Shown: piece by piece, positions 27,070 through 36,917 of the stretch | Numbering within the stretch: position 1 is the first letter of the stretch | Layout of the letters: each line of letters begins with the position of its first letter | Virus record (IMG/VR): IMGVR_UViG_3300005323_000054 | Coordinates: 1-51,714 of that record | Reading direction: 5' to 3' (one strand) | DNA: 51,714 nt | DNA from: a virus | Lineage: Duplodnaviria; Caudoviricetes | Notes under the pieces: model-generated | The model's input: only the letters and a program-made list of their open reading frames with translations | Databases searched by the model: none | What the model was told of the DNA's origin: nothing | Position numbers and translations under genes: made by a program

Positions 27070-27741
27070 TTAGAGGGGTAGTTGCTTCTGACTTGTGTCA
27101 ACCTTTAACTTCTTATCAGCGACAACGAATGCTTCCCGGATGACTTCTGGGTCATAGAGGGGATGTACTGACTGGAAGACGACGACGATTGGCCGGCTCA
27201 TTTGATCTCCGGTGGTCTTGTCCTTGATTTTCACGGGGAATGTAACCTCGTAATCGTGCTTTGCCGGGTCCATGTTTGCCGGGACCATCTTTGGCTTGAG
27301 CGGGTCTTTGCTGTTCTTCGTATCGTTCACAGTATAGCCAGGCCCTTCATTCTTGGCATCGGGTTTCTTCTTCGGGTCCGGTTTGGGGAGTCCTTCAGAG
27401 ACCTTGCACCCTACGGCAGCCCGGGCTTCAGGGGTTTTCTTCGAGCAGTCTCCTTTGATTTTACAGGTTCCTACTTCGGAGAGTTCCTCACAGAGAGCGA
27501 TTGCGGGTTTCTTCGCAGGCTCCTTCGCAGTGAGTTTCTGGCTCGCCGGAGAGACCCCGAACCCTTTTGGCTCGTCTTCCTTCTTCGCAGGAGGGGTTTT
27601 CTTTGTCGGTTCTGGTTTCTTGGGAGCGTCCTTACCCGGCGCTGTTGCCGGTGCGGGTGTTCCCTTCTTCTCTGGGGTTTTGGGTTCCAAAGATGCACCT
27701 TCGCTTTTCTCGATTGATAATAGAGGGCTCGGCTCCTGCAA
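27070..27741 (-). CDS. Pro/Lys-rich hypothetical protein (start uncertain)
   Basis: Low-complexity N-terminus, Cys cluster, folded C-terminus. Confidence 0.55.
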   Translation of the reverse strand: MQEPSPLLSIEKSEGASLEPKTPEKKGTPAPATAPGKDAPKKPEPTKKTPPAKKEDEPKGFGVSPASQKLTAKEPAKKPAIALCEELSEVGTCKIKGDCSKKTPEARAAVGCKVSEGLPKPDPKKKPDAKNEGPGYTVNDTKNSKDPLKPKMVPANMDPAKHDYEVTFPVKIKDKTTGDQMSRPIVVVFQSVHPLYDPEVIREAFVVADKKLKVDTSQKQLPL

Positions 27742-27800
27742 TACAGGGAGAGGATGAGCAATCCCTACACGCTCTCATCGCTTCATCGCCCTTGTTCTCG

Positions 27801-28181
27801 TTATACGTCTCCGTTCTCTATCATGTGAGATACAACGTCATAGAGTGCGTCGTATGTCGTGTTTACTGCGGTAACGGCCACGGGGTCTTTCTGGTTATGG
27901 ACGAACATTGAGACCCGTCTGTCTTTGAGGACAACCCTGAACTCTGCGGTCCCGTTCCACGGGTCTTTCTTCGGCTTGTAGTCCGTGATACACTGTTGCC
28001 GTATCCTCTGGGGTTCGTTGAGGTCAGAGAACTTGAATAGGTGATGGGTGCAGTTTGGACACCGGGCTTCCCCTCCCGGAACGATAGTGAGGTGGCGGAT
28101 AAGATTTCTCTCTCCGCATTGGTTACAGATTACCTCGTCGTTCATCGAGTATTTCTGCCGTGAGAGGATGAGTTCATCCAT
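27801..28181 (-). CDS. Zn-ribbon hypothetical protein
   Basis: CNQC...CPNC. Confidence 0.6.
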   Translation of the reverse strand: MDELILSRQKYSMNDEVICNQCGERNLIRHLTIVPGGEARCPNCTHHLFKFSDLNEPQRIRQQCITDYKPKKDPWNGTAEFRVVLKDRRVSMFVHNQKDPVAVTAVNTTYDALYDVVSHMIENGDV

Positions 28182-28707
28182 GATTCGCCTCCCGCTCCAT
28201 GACGAGTTGCCGGGCTATCTTATCCAGCATGCACCCGGGGTTATTCACTACGGCGTGGAGCATTGACCTTTCAAGGTTGTATGCCTCACGAACGTCGAAG
28301 ATGAGTTTATTCGTCTGCTCAATCTCTTTGGTTTTCTCTTCGACGAGGTTTTTGAGTGCCGTATTCTCGATTATGAGGGTTGCATTCTCGGTCTCTGCCT
28401 TGATTTTTGAATTTCCCTCTTTGGAGAGTTCTGCCATGAGGTATTCCACCCGTGCGTCTGCGGTTACACGGAGTCCCTGCTGTTCGTGGAACTTGTTTTC
28501 TACCGTCTGGTAGTCTTCGTAGATGTCACAGTAAAAGTCGTCAAGGATTCTCCGTTCGAGTTCAGTTACCATCGCCGGGGTGAAAAAGTGAGAGAGGTAT
28601 GAATCTTGAGGGATAATCCCTGCTACTGCCTTGAGGAAATTTATCTCCTCTGCTTTTGAAGGGTCGTCTTTCAGGGGATTGATAATGACCTTCTTCGAGG
28701 GAGTCAT
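28174..28707 (-). CDS. Coiled-coil hypothetical protein
   Basis: 177-aa coupled ORF. Confidence 0.65.
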   Translation of the reverse strand: MTPSKKVIINPLKDDPSKAEEINFLKAVAGIIPQDSYLSHFFTPAMVTELERRILDDFYCDIYEDYQTVENKFHEQQGLRVTADARVEYLMAELSKEGNSKIKAETENATLIIENTALKNLVEEKTKEIEQTNKLIFDVREAYNLERSMLHAVVNNPGCMLDKIARQLVMEREANHG

Positions 28708-29402
28708 TATCGGTTCACCTTGATTTCAACGGTCATGTCCGTGTCGCCGTCTCCCCGTGTCGTGAGGTAGACGTAGTCACCCATATTATTCTCGATTTCG
28801 TCTTTGATTTCGTCAGAGGTAAACAACCCTCCCTCTTCCTTGACGGCATCTACGATTGAGGGATAGTCGTTCTTGAAGTCAATTCCGTCGATGTGGTTAA
28901 CGTTTATGAGGTCGTCGTCTTCCTCAACCCTCTCGTTGTAATATGTATCGAGGATTTTCTTTCCTTCCGTGGTATCTCTGACGATACCGAAAACTCCCTG
29001 TTTCTGGTCGAATGGGAGAAGTTCAAGGTCTGCAAGGACGCTTCCCATCGTCGGGATACGTTTCTCTTTCGTCTCCCCGGCCCATTCACGAAGGACAACA
29101 AGGAGATTGTGTTTCTGCATATCAGGGAGACCGGACGCCCAGATTTTTGCATCTTCCGAGTTATCGAGGTTGATTGTCTTTTCCTCGGTCTTGACTCCCT
29201 CAATCTTTGGCCTTCCTGCTAATGAGAACTCCGTCTTCAGGACATGCCCTATGAGGCTTTTTTTCTCTTCCTCGGTAAGTTCCCGGCGAGGGAGAAATTC
29301 TTTTGCCATCTTCTCGACGATGTGTTCTCGCTGTCCGTTCCCGTCTACGGCTTCAAGAGCAAGACGAATGATAATCTCTGCTGCACATTGTTCCATGTTC
29401 AT
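28707..29402 (-). CDS. Acidic hypothetical protein
   Basis: 231-aa coupled ORF. Confidence 0.65.
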   Translation of the reverse strand: MNMEQCAAEIIIRLALEAVDGNGQREHIVEKMAKEFLPRRELTEEEKKSLIGHVLKTEFSLAGRPKIEGVKTEEKTINLDNSEDAKIWASGLPDMQKHNLLVVLREWAGETKEKRIPTMGSVLADLELLPFDQKQGVFGIVRDTTEGKKILDTYYNERVEEDDDLINVNHIDGIDFKNDYPSIVDAVKEEGGLFTSDEIKDEIENNMGDYVYLTTRGDGDTDMTVEIKVNR

Positions 29403-29806
29403 TCACTCCGTAGTTTTTCCAGTTCTTCTCTCTTCGCTGCCAGTTGTGATTCGAGGCTCGTAATAACCCTCTCGCATTTCTCGACGTGATATGCTTTCAG
29501 GATTTTCTTATACGAGGGAGATTCCTTCAGGGTCTCTCGTTCCCCGAACTGAACGACGCATCTATTGATTTCCTTCGAGTAAGAGAAGTCAATTGCCTCC
29601 ATCTCTCGTGCCATAACCTTGACGAGCCGGCAAGGGTATCCTGCCTTCGAGTAATCGTTGAACAATCCCCGTGTCTTCTTCTCGCTCCGGTCGCTGTGCG
29701 TCGTGTGAATGTCAAGGCTTCCGTTCGGTCTCTTGTATCCCCGCTTGTTCATCCAGAGGATGTAAAAAACGGGGAAGTTTTTGTCGGTTTCTTTCTTTGC
29801 GTTCAT
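29399..29806 (-). CDS. Hypothetical protein
   Basis: 135-aa coupled ORF. Confidence 0.6.
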   Translation of the reverse strand: MNAKKETDKNFPVFYILWMNKRGYKRPNGSLDIHTTHSDRSEKKTRGLFNDYSKAGYPCRLVKVMAREMEAIDFSYSKEINRCVVQFGERETLKESPSYKKILKAYHVEKCERVITSLESQLAAKREELEKLRSE

Positions 29807-30131
29807 TCTGCCACCAAAAATGTCTCTCCTCTCATTTCAGCCAGTCCGAGATGATCCCCGTAGACGAGGAATGCTTCGTTGTCGGGAGCGGGGAATATCC
29901 CTACTCCGTCAGTTGAAAAAAGGTGCATCCACGGTTTGGTCAGGTGTCCCATCGTTCAGACCTCATTAATTATTATTTCTGGCTCGGTCTCATAGGGTAT
30001 CTCTTCGGTTATCCCGTTCTGACACTTTTTACAGAGATACCACAACCTCACCGCTCTCTCTGGTTTACAGAGTTGAACCGAGACGAGTTCCATCTCTTTT
30101 CCGTCATTTCCACAGATTTTTTTCATCGTCT

Positions 30132-30404
30132 TTATTCCTCCCTGAACTCTTCGGTCCGGTCTACTCCGAGTTTCCAGAGAGCCCATTCGTATCCGCACTT
30201 CGGGCATACGATATACAGCCAGAATTTCCCGATACGGGTTCCGTCAGCACGATAGACGTTCCATCCGTCTCCGTGGGGGTATCCCTCGATGTCGCGTTTT
30301 GTGAGGTCTCCCCCGCATGTGCAAACCTGCCGTCCATACTTCGCGTCGTGGATTTTCTTGTGAATCTCGGTGGCTATCTTGCAGCCGAAATGAAAGAGGG
30401 TCAT
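30132..30404 (-). CDS. Zn-ribbon protein
   Basis: CTC...CPKC. Confidence 0.6.
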   Translation of the reverse strand: MTLFHFGCKIATEIHKKIHDAKYGRQVCTCGGDLTKRDIEGYPHGDGWNVYRADGTRIGKFWLYIVCPKCGYEWALWKLGVDRTEEFREE

Positions 30405-30640
30405 AGGTAGATGCTCCCGTAATCGAGTTCCTTTGCCTCGATACCTAGAGCCTTCAGATACTCAATCAGGTTCTTGAGGTCAGACACTTCTCCCTCGGCT
30501 TCTTTCCTCTGTTTCCCCCATTCCTTGATAGTATCCCAGACCATTTTGATGTAAGGGCGGGTTGCGTTCGTCTCAATCTCAAGGAGACCGAGACAACAAG
30601 GGTCACTATCGAGGGAGGTTGCGAAAATCATGAGCCTCAT
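30401..30640 (-). CDS. Small hypothetical protein
   Basis: Coupled ORF. Confidence 0.55.
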   Translation of the reverse strand: MRLMIFATSLDSDPCCLGLLEIETNATRPYIKMVWDTIKEWGKQRKEAEGEVSDLKNLIEYLKALGIEAKELDYGSIYL

Positions 30641-30963
30641 GATGAATACGCCTCAAAGTATTCTCGGCTCCCGATAGTAACTGGCTTTGTCTGAACGCCG
30701 TTGTTCGGGTTACGGAGTTCGTTCGCCTTCGAGCAGTTCGCTATCTCAACAGCGAATTTATGAAGGTCTGGATTCCTGACAGATTCGAGAGAGGGATATG
30801 CCTTATTGAAGGCATCCTCTGGAGTATCTGCCATCTCAATAACTGGGGTAGAATAGTTTGCAGAGTAATGCCACCAGACGACAAACTGCTTCATGTTCGC
30901 GCATTGTGCGGCGATGCGTTCGGCAACCGAGTGGTCGCCTTGTTTGACAGGTTTCTTTGCCAT
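30637..30963 (-). CDS. Hypothetical protein, first gene of the accessory operon
   Basis: GGAG RBS; 108 aa. Confidence 0.6.
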   Translation of the reverse strand: MAKKPVKQGDHSVAERIAAQCANMKQFVVWWHYSANYSTPVIEMADTPEDAFNKAYPSLESVRNPDLHKFAVEIANCSKANELRNPNNGVQTKPVTIGSREYFEAYSS

Positions 30964-31020
30964 GTTTGTTCTTCTCCAAAATTTTTCTTTTGAGTTGTCG
31001 AATAAAAAAAGTATAAGGGT

Positions 31021-31495
31021 ATATGTTGCAGAGTAGTCTTCCGCCCGGGTTTACAGGTCCGGCGCGGGGTCTGTGTTTACGAAGTCCAACGGGGACGTGC
31101 AATCTCCTTGTCCTCGTAAACATTCCAGCCAAATTAAAAGGGTAAGATTAAGTTGACGGGATTTCACCGTCTGATTGTATGCTCCCTCTCGGGTCGCTCG
31201 TTCCTTCCTTCTACACTCGTGCTCTTTCCCGCATCTGCCGCTCCTTGCTCGCGTTCCTCACGCCTTACGTGGGTTTGTCTCCCTTTCGGGCTGTTTCTCG
31301 GTAGGTTCGCCGGTTGTTGCTGGCTTCACATCGCTAAAACGGAGAAAAGACTGCGTTCGTGCCTTCGGAAGTTTTTTGCCTTCTTCATCTCGGGAATGAC
31401 ACCGGGCTTGCCGTCCCGGCTATGGGTGAGTCATTCCTGCTGCGAGTTTATCGCAGGTCAGGGTTTTTTTCGGTCTACTTTTTGCACCTCGCTAT
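31021..31495 (-). ncRNA. Putative structured non-coding RNA region
   Basis: No credible long minus-strand ORF; several hairpins, including CCC-GAAA-GGG, CCC-GAGA-GGG and GACGG-TGAAATC-CCGTC; lies downstream of a strong TATA box. Confidence 0.5.
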
Positions 31496-31501
31496 ACCCT
31501 A

Positions 31502-31535
31502 GTTTAAACGTTAAAAGTATATAAAACCTTTTAAA
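31502..31535 (-). promoter_or_regulatory. Archaeal BRE-TATA promoter with a downstream conserved motif
   Basis: Minus strand AAAAGGTTTTATATAC-TTTTAACGTTTAAAC; near-identical motif at 36846-36865. Confidence 0.7.
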
Positions 31536-31570
31536 AGATATTTACGTCTGAAAAAAGAGGTGTCAGGGGT

Positions 31571-32101
31571 TCAGGAGAGCCGGGAGTCTTCAGGGACACT
31601 TTCGGCTTTCTTCAGGGTTTCCCCCCACCCATAGAACGGAGCAGAGAAATCCTTTGGTAACTTACCCTTACGCTGAACCTCTTTAATTACGAGAGGGTAA
31701 TGGACGCTCTCAAAGAGTTTTTTCTTCAGTTTGAAGTCAGGGGTTGTGAATCCCCCCCATCCCTTGACATCCTCGACAGTCGTTGACCCATCGAGATTGA
31801 TAATAACGAAGTCAGCGATATAGTTCATCGGCCTGATTTTCGTCCCTACTCCGTTAACGTATGCGTCAATGAGAAGGAATTTCACCTGCATCTCGAAGTC
31901 CTGAATCTTACCCTCTGATTTTTCTGTCCGGAGTTCAAGGTATCGTTCTGCCTCCCCCCTCGATACAAATTTGTGGTCTCCGATAATCGTCCACTTCGCT
32001 CCCTTCCCTCGATACCGATTGTTTCCTTGTTTATTGTTCAGGTCTCTCACCTCGAAGAAACATCTCTCTCGCAGCGCAGAGGCACACGGAAGGATGTGCA
32101 A
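31571..32101 (-). CDS. DUF1064-family PD-(D/E)xK nuclease (true start probably near 32050)
   Basis: FVSRGEAERY, QVKFLL, YIADF, VEDVKG, FKLKKKLF. Confidence 0.85.
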   Translation of the reverse strand: MHILPCASALRERCFFEVRDLNNKQGNNRYRGKGAKWTIIGDHKFVSRGEAERYLELRTEKSEGKIQDFEMQVKFLLIDAYVNGVGTKIRPMNYIADFVIINLDGSTTVEDVKGWGGFTTPDFKLKKKLFESVHYPLVIKEVQRKGKLPKDFSAPFYGWGETLKKAESVPEDSRLS

Positions 32102-32187
32102 GGTCTGAATACCTGAAAAGATAGCAGGGGAGAGATGAAATGGGGGGAACGCAGAGGTAGCCCCTTACTGACGGACAGTTCACCACT

Positions 32188-32640
32188 TCACTTCCGATTG
32201 CTTCTAAATTCTCCATTCTTCACCCGCTCCGTGTGTTTATCGACGATATCTTGGAACTTCTTTGCGATAGCCGTATCCTCGGGGAACGGGAGCCCTTGTC
32301 TCTCTGCCTTCGTAGCGCAGTCTACAATGTTCTTCGCATATCCCCGGACAACCATCGCATTGTCTATCCGGTCGAGGGCTTCCTCCGGCTCTCCGGGATT
32401 GAAGTAGATTTTTACCTGACCGCCTTTTGCCTCGGTCCCGACAGAGATTGAGGAGGTATACTTTACTTCCTCGGAGACGATGGTTTTGATAATAGGCTCC
32501 GGGTCCGGGAGGTGTTTCTTGACGACTACGATAATATTTGCCGCTGTTGTCGGTATTGATATACCGGCTGCTGATGACAGTCTCATTTCTTGCGCAATCG
32601 CGTCCATGAGTGCCGCAGTCTGCTTTTCATCGAGGTTCAT
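32188..32640 (-). CDS. Hypothetical protein
   Basis: Probable start MNLDEK with a GGAGG RBS. Confidence 0.6.
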   Translation of the reverse strand: MNLDEKQTAALMDAIAQEMRLSSAAGISIPTTAANIIVVVKKHLPDPEPIIKTIVSEEVKYTSSISVGTEAKGGQVKIYFNPGEPEEALDRIDNAMVVRGYAKNIVDCATKAERQGLPFPEDTAIAKKFQDIVDKHTERVKNGEFRSNRK

Positions 32641-32897
32641 TCTATCCTCCCTGCCATCCGCATTTCCTCTACGGCCCATGCTGATATTGTAGAGAGGGCT
32701 TTCAGGTGTTCCACGAGAATGTCTTTTTCCGGTATGATTCTCGGCTTCCCGTCTTCTGTGAGTCTCACTTTCATTGAGACAATATACCATCCCTCCCCGC
32801 AGGGTTCAGCCTTCGGTTGTAGATACTGATATGCGAGTTGTGGGTGGGATTTTCGGGTCTGCTCGATTATTCCCCCTTCTCCGTGTTCTTCCATCAC
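32637..32897 (-). CDS. Hypothetical protein
   Basis: ATGA-coupled at both ends. Confidence 0.55.
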   Translation of the reverse strand: MMEEHGEGGIIEQTRKSHPQLAYQYLQPKAEPCGEGWYIVSMKVRLTEDGKPRIIPEKDILVEHLKALSTISAWAVEEMRMAGRIE

Positions 32898-33274
32898 GCC
32901 ACTCTCCGATAGAACTTCGCTCCTGTAGGGGCATCAATCGCCATGAGGTCATTCAATGAGTTCTCAAGGAGGAATCCTTTTTTTGGGGTTTTTACCCGAT
33001 GGAGTTTCTGCATCTCCGGCAGGGCTCTCATTATCCGGCGTTCCTGAAGGTCTTTCACGATGGCGCGAGTCTCCTTGAGTGCCTGCACCCTCCTACGTGC
33101 CCGCTCGCTCTCGTTCAGGGAAATCCATTCCGAGATACATTCCTCGGAGCAACAATCTCCTGCCGGGGTGTCAAGGCTATATCTGAGCATCGGAGGGACA
33201 ATCTCCGAGAAACAACAGTCGCATACGACGGCTGAAATCTTGGCTTTCTGGTCTTCTGGTTTCTTTCGTATCAT
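32894..33274 (-). CDS. Zn-finger (CxCC...CCSEEC) protein
   Basis: Cys motifs; coupled ORF. Confidence 0.6.
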   Translation of the reverse strand: MIRKKPEDQKAKISAVVCDCCFSEIVPPMLRYSLDTPAGDCCSEECISEWISLNESERARRRVQALKETRAIVKDLQERRIMRALPEMQKLHRVKTPKKGFLLENSLNDLMAIDAPTGAKFYRRVA

Positions 33275-33280
33275 GGTTTT

Positions 33281-33625
33281 TCACTCTCCTTTCAGTTCTG
33301 CAAAGAGAGAATCGATATCTGACCAAGGTACTGCCCATTCGTCAGATTGCCCAGAATATACTTCGGCCATTGATTCAAGCCTCTTGTATATCTTATCCCG
33401 CTCATCTTTTCTGATATCGTCGTCGTGTAGTTTTACACCCTCTGCGAATATCTTGCGGGATTCCTCATCTTCTCCGGCATCTCGTTCTTCTTTCATGTCA
33501 AAAAGACCCCGACGGATATCTGCTGCGTGCTGAAGTTCCTGCTCCACCGCTCTGATATCTGGGGCGTTTGCATCAATGCCTTCGAGACGGGATAATAGGT
33601 CTCGTTTGTTGAGTTGTTCGCTCAT
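33281..33625 (-). CDS. Hypothetical protein
   Basis: Probable start MSEQL. Confidence 0.55.
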   Translation of the reverse strand: MSEQLNKRDLLSRLEGIDANAPDIRAVEQELQHAADIRRGLFDMKEERDAGEDEESRKIFAEGVKLHDDDIRKDERDKIYKRLESMAEVYSGQSDEWAVPWSDIDSLFAELKGE

Positions 33626-34104
33626 GGTTTTCTTACCTCGATTAATCTCCTGACAACGTTGATAGGAATATACATCCCCATGCACTCGTCACTTACCTGA
33701 TTATGTTCGTGTTCTTTCTCGTAGACAGAAAGACCGTCTTCAATCTCTCCAAGAACACGCTTCAATTCTTTCAGGTTTTCGTTCCTTCCCTCATTCCATC
33801 CTTTCCAGAACTCGAAAGAGTGATTTTGTGTTTTCTCGTTAATTGGGGTTCCGCATCGTAATCCCCGTATCTGTTCAGCCCGTATCTTCAATGACTGGAC
33901 GAAATCACAATCTGGGTTTTCTCCGTAGACGATAACAAGCCGGTCTGCGAGCCAGTCGAGGAAATCTTCAATTTTTGTCGGTCCTTCTCCGGTCATCGCA
34001 TCGAGAACCCGCTCCCGCTCAAGTCTCTTTACTCGGTCATCGTGGTTCTTTATTCCCTCCCGATATATCGCACGGGCGAGTTCAAAATTCTCTTTGTCTC
34101 CCAT
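33622..34104 (-). CDS. Hypothetical protein
   Basis: 160-aa ORF directly after MCM. Confidence 0.6.
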   Translation of the reverse strand: MGDKENFELARAIYREGIKNHDDRVKRLERERVLDAMTGEGPTKIEDFLDWLADRLVIVYGENPDCDFVQSLKIRAEQIRGLRCGTPINEKTQNHSFEFWKGWNEGRNENLKELKRVLGEIEDGLSVYEKEHEHNQVSDECMGMYIPINVVRRLIEVRKP

Positions 34105-34108
34105 ATTC

Positions 34109-36184
34109 TCATACTCCCTTCATGAATTGATAATGTCCGGGATGCCCTTGAACTTCAAAGATAGTCCCGTCTTTCCTCAATCCTTCGATAGTCTCAAGAA
34201 TCTTCATCCTTGACCCTTTCCCTCGTTTGGCGATGTCTTCCGCCACGGCTTCCGCAGAGACCATATGAATCTCGGCTCCCTTCTGCCGCATATCCCAGAT
34301 TACGTGTTCAATCAGCCCACGTTTATCGTGGCTTACCCCGGCAGGTCCGATTTTATCGCTGTCGAATGTTCCGGTTTTCTCATCCCATGCCACTCCCTTG
34401 AGTGACTGTTCAAGGATTCTGATGGCTACCTCTGCATCTTCGAGGGTAACTTCCCGTGCCAGCCGCATCTTGGCGTGAGCGGTGGCGATACGTTTGAGAG
34501 ACCCCGTTGCCCGTGCTGTCAGAGGGACCGCCCCGCCTTTCTTCGCCTTCGACCTGATAGAGACGTAATACTTGATAATTTTCTCCTTCGCTGCGGCGTT
34601 GAGTTCCGGGTTCGGCTGTTTCTTGGTATAGGCAACGAATTTCCGTAGTAACTCGACCTGAATATAGTCGATTACCCCGTTGGTTTTGTTGAGGATAGTC
34701 GTTGCGATTTCCGTGTCCTTCGCTTCATTCGGCTCGTCGTTCTTGAGGTAAATCAGGTCATACCGTGAAAGGATTGCTCCCCCTGCGACAATCTGTTCGG
34801 CAAGGTCAGCGTTCATATCGAACCGGCCATACTTCGGGTTGGCTACCCCGAGAACCCCGCACCGGGAGTTCATGGTCAGATACAACCCGGCTTTTGCGAC
34901 GGTGATTTTCTGGGTCTCCATCGCTTCGAGCGCGGCATCCCGGTCCTTCGGATGAAGTTTGTCCATCTCGTCTATGACGATAATCCCGAGGTCTGCGAGG
35001 GGCATTGCCCCCGCTTCTGCCTGAAATCTCCCGTCTCCTCCTTCGTCTTTCGTGACGGATACCGTGAGACCGGCTTTACTCGTCGATTGGCCTGATACGT
35101 AGATGGCACGGGGAACGAGTCTTGTTACGGCGAGAGCAACCTTTGACTTCGCCAGCCCGTAATCCCCTACAACGAGAACGTGAACGTCCATCCGGTCCGT
35201 ATCTCCGTTCGGCTGAATCTCCTGCCGTCCCGAGAACATTGCGAGAGCGTATGCGTGTTTCACGTCATCGAACCCGTAGATGTTTGGGGCGATTGATGCC
35301 GCCACCCTGTCGAAGATATTAGGGCTTTTTGCGAGTTTCCTTATTTCTTCCTCGTCCTCTTCTGACAGCGTAACCTCTTCAAATTCCCTCTCGTGAACCT
35401 CGATACTGTTGACTTCGAGGTAGGTATTGAACGTGGGGGTGGGGGTCCCGGAAGCGTATTTCTGATACGACCTGACAATGCCGTTGACGATAATCCGGTC
35501 TCCCGGAAAGACTTTGCCGCAGAGGTCATCCCGAAGTTCTGCGTTCATCATCTGGGCTTGCTCTCCCCCGGAAAGACTCTCGACAACTTCCTGAATCTGG
35601 ATTCTCTGGGTATCCGTAAACTTCGACCGTTTCGGAACAAAGTCAAGTTTCTTGAAAGTGCATCCGTCGGTCGCGCATCCATCGGGAATAGTCCACTTCG
35701 TAGAGTGTTGCTTCTTAACCGTAAAGTGTCCTGCCTTACACCTGAAGATAGATTCCAAGCAGAGCGGCAGGATACTCGATACCCGTTTCACCTGAACGTC
35801 GAGAGCAACCATCCGGTTGATGTGGTCAACCCGCAGGTTCTTGATGAAGGTTTTCTTCGTCAGTCCGGTGAACCGAACGACAATCCCTTTCGCCGGGGTC
35901 TTCCCGTCTTTCATGACGATAAGATGGTTATCCCGTATGGCATCCTGACAGTCCTCGATTGCCTTCCCGGGATTCTCTAGGATTTCTTCGGCAAGTTGTA
36001 TCCCTCCCGGCCCGGCACTCGCAACCTCGTTATACGGGATTACGAGAGAACGACGGTGCGGATATTCGCGCTGGATGATGGCGATTTCTTTCTTGACGAG
36101 TTTCCTCTGAAAGACTTTCGCCCACGCCTCTTGAGGGTCAAACGTCTGAACCCCTGCGCTATCCGTATCAGGAGAGGCAGGCAT
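34109..36184 (-). CDS. mcm: MCM replicative helicase (archaeal type)
   Basis: Zn finger CKAGH...CATDGC; Walker A variant VGDYGLAKS, STSKAGLT, Walker B IDEMDK, EAME.Q, ANPKYGRFD, arginine finger SRYD, TAR; C-terminal wHTH. Confidence 0.95.
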   Translation of the reverse strand: MPASPDTDSAGVQTFDPQEAWAKVFQRKLVKKEIAIIQREYPHRRSLVIPYNEVASAGPGGIQLAEEILENPGKAIEDCQDAIRDNHLIVMKDGKTPAKGIVVRFTGLTKKTFIKNLRVDHINRMVALDVQVKRVSSILPLCLESIFRCKAGHFTVKKQHSTKWTIPDGCATDGCTFKKLDFVPKRSKFTDTQRIQIQEVVESLSGGEQAQMMNAELRDDLCGKVFPGDRIIVNGIVRSYQKYASGTPTPTFNTYLEVNSIEVHEREFEEVTLSEEDEEEIRKLAKSPNIFDRVAASIAPNIYGFDDVKHAYALAMFSGRQEIQPNGDTDRMDVHVLVVGDYGLAKSKVALAVTRLVPRAIYVSGQSTSKAGLTVSVTKDEGGDGRFQAEAGAMPLADLGIIVIDEMDKLHPKDRDAALEAMETQKITVAKAGLYLTMNSRCGVLGVANPKYGRFDMNADLAEQIVAGGAILSRYDLIYLKNDEPNEAKDTEIATTILNKTNGVIDYIQVELLRKFVAYTKKQPNPELNAAAKEKIIKYYVSIRSKAKKGGAVPLTARATGSLKRIATAHAKMRLAREVTLEDAEVAIRILEQSLKGVAWDEKTGTFDSDKIGPAGVSHDKRGLIEHVIWDMRQKGAEIHMVSAEAVAEDIAKRGKGSRMKILETIEGLRKDGTIFEVQGHPGHYQFMKGV

Positions 36185-36554
36185 CGGCTACACCTCTAAA
36201 TCCGCTATACATCGCTGCCGATATATCAGACGGAGATACCGGGATTGATAATCGCTCTTTTACCTGTTGTATGAAAAACGCTTCAGACGATAACTGCTGC
36301 TCCTCGCTGAAATACTGCTTGAACGGGAGAGCCCCGTATTCCTCGTAGATTTCTTTGAGGGTCGTCTGGATTGTGGTTTCCTTCGATTCTTTCTTCCCTT
36401 CTACGAGAGCGGTCCAGAACTTCTCTGTCTGCTCTCTGAAGTCAGGTATTTTGGAAATGCTTTCTGCGAGTGTCGTTGAGACGTAAATCCCCACCACTTT
36501 TTTCTCGATATTACTCCGTGGTCTTCCTCTTCCAACCACGAAATCACATCCCAA
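36168..36554 (-). CDS. Small DNA-binding protein (RHH-like N-terminus), paralog of 36620..36820
   Basis: RGRPRSNIEKKVVGIYVSTTLAESISKIPDFREQTEKFWTALV. Confidence 0.6.
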   Translation of the reverse strand: MGCDFVVGRGRPRSNIEKKVVGIYVSTTLAESISKIPDFREQTEKFWTALVEGKKESKETTIQTTLKEIYEEYGALPFKQYFSEEQQLSSEAFFIQQVKERLSIPVSPSDISAAMYSGFRGVADACLS

Positions 36555-36619
36555 TGTTCAAATTTTCAGTCATAATTCTCTCCTCTGTTGGCTGAAGTGA
36601 GTTTCCGTCAGCCGTGTGG

Positions 36620-36820
36620 TTAATTCGCGGGGTTCGCTGCGTGTTTGATTTTCTTGAGGTCGGCTTCGATGAGTTTCCTTTCGGGAGCCGGTAACAGAGT
36701 GAGCCAGAATGCAATCGTCTTCTCCTTGAACCCCGGCACGTTTGCGATGGCCTTATCAAGAGATACCGGGACTTGGATGCCTTTTACCTTCTGTTCAACG
36801 GGTGACATTTTTCTTCCCAT
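36620..36820 (-). CDS. Small RHH-like DNA-binding protein
   Basis: GGAGGTGA RBS; MGRKMSPVEQKVKGIQVPVSLDKAIANVPGFKEKTIAFWLTLL. Confidence 0.65.
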   Translation of the reverse strand: MGRKMSPVEQKVKGIQVPVSLDKAIANVPGFKEKTIAFWLTLLPAPERKLIEADLKKIKHAANPAN

Positions 36821-36845
36821 AACTTTTCACCTCCTTCGGGTTTAT

Positions 36846-36875
36846 GTTTAAAGGTTAAAACTATAAAAAGTCTAT
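36846..36875 (-). promoter_or_regulatory. TATA promoter of the replication operon
   Basis: Minus strand ACTTTTTATAG-TTTTAACCTTTAAAC, shared with 31502-31521. Confidence 0.65.
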
Positions 36876-36917
36876 TTTTTGAAACCCGGTTTTAAAAATG
36901 AATTTACCGGACCCGGG

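Noticed and set aside
31040-31066. tRNA-Tyr-like anticodon loop (CTGTAAA)
   Set aside because: No accompanying acceptor stem or T-arm
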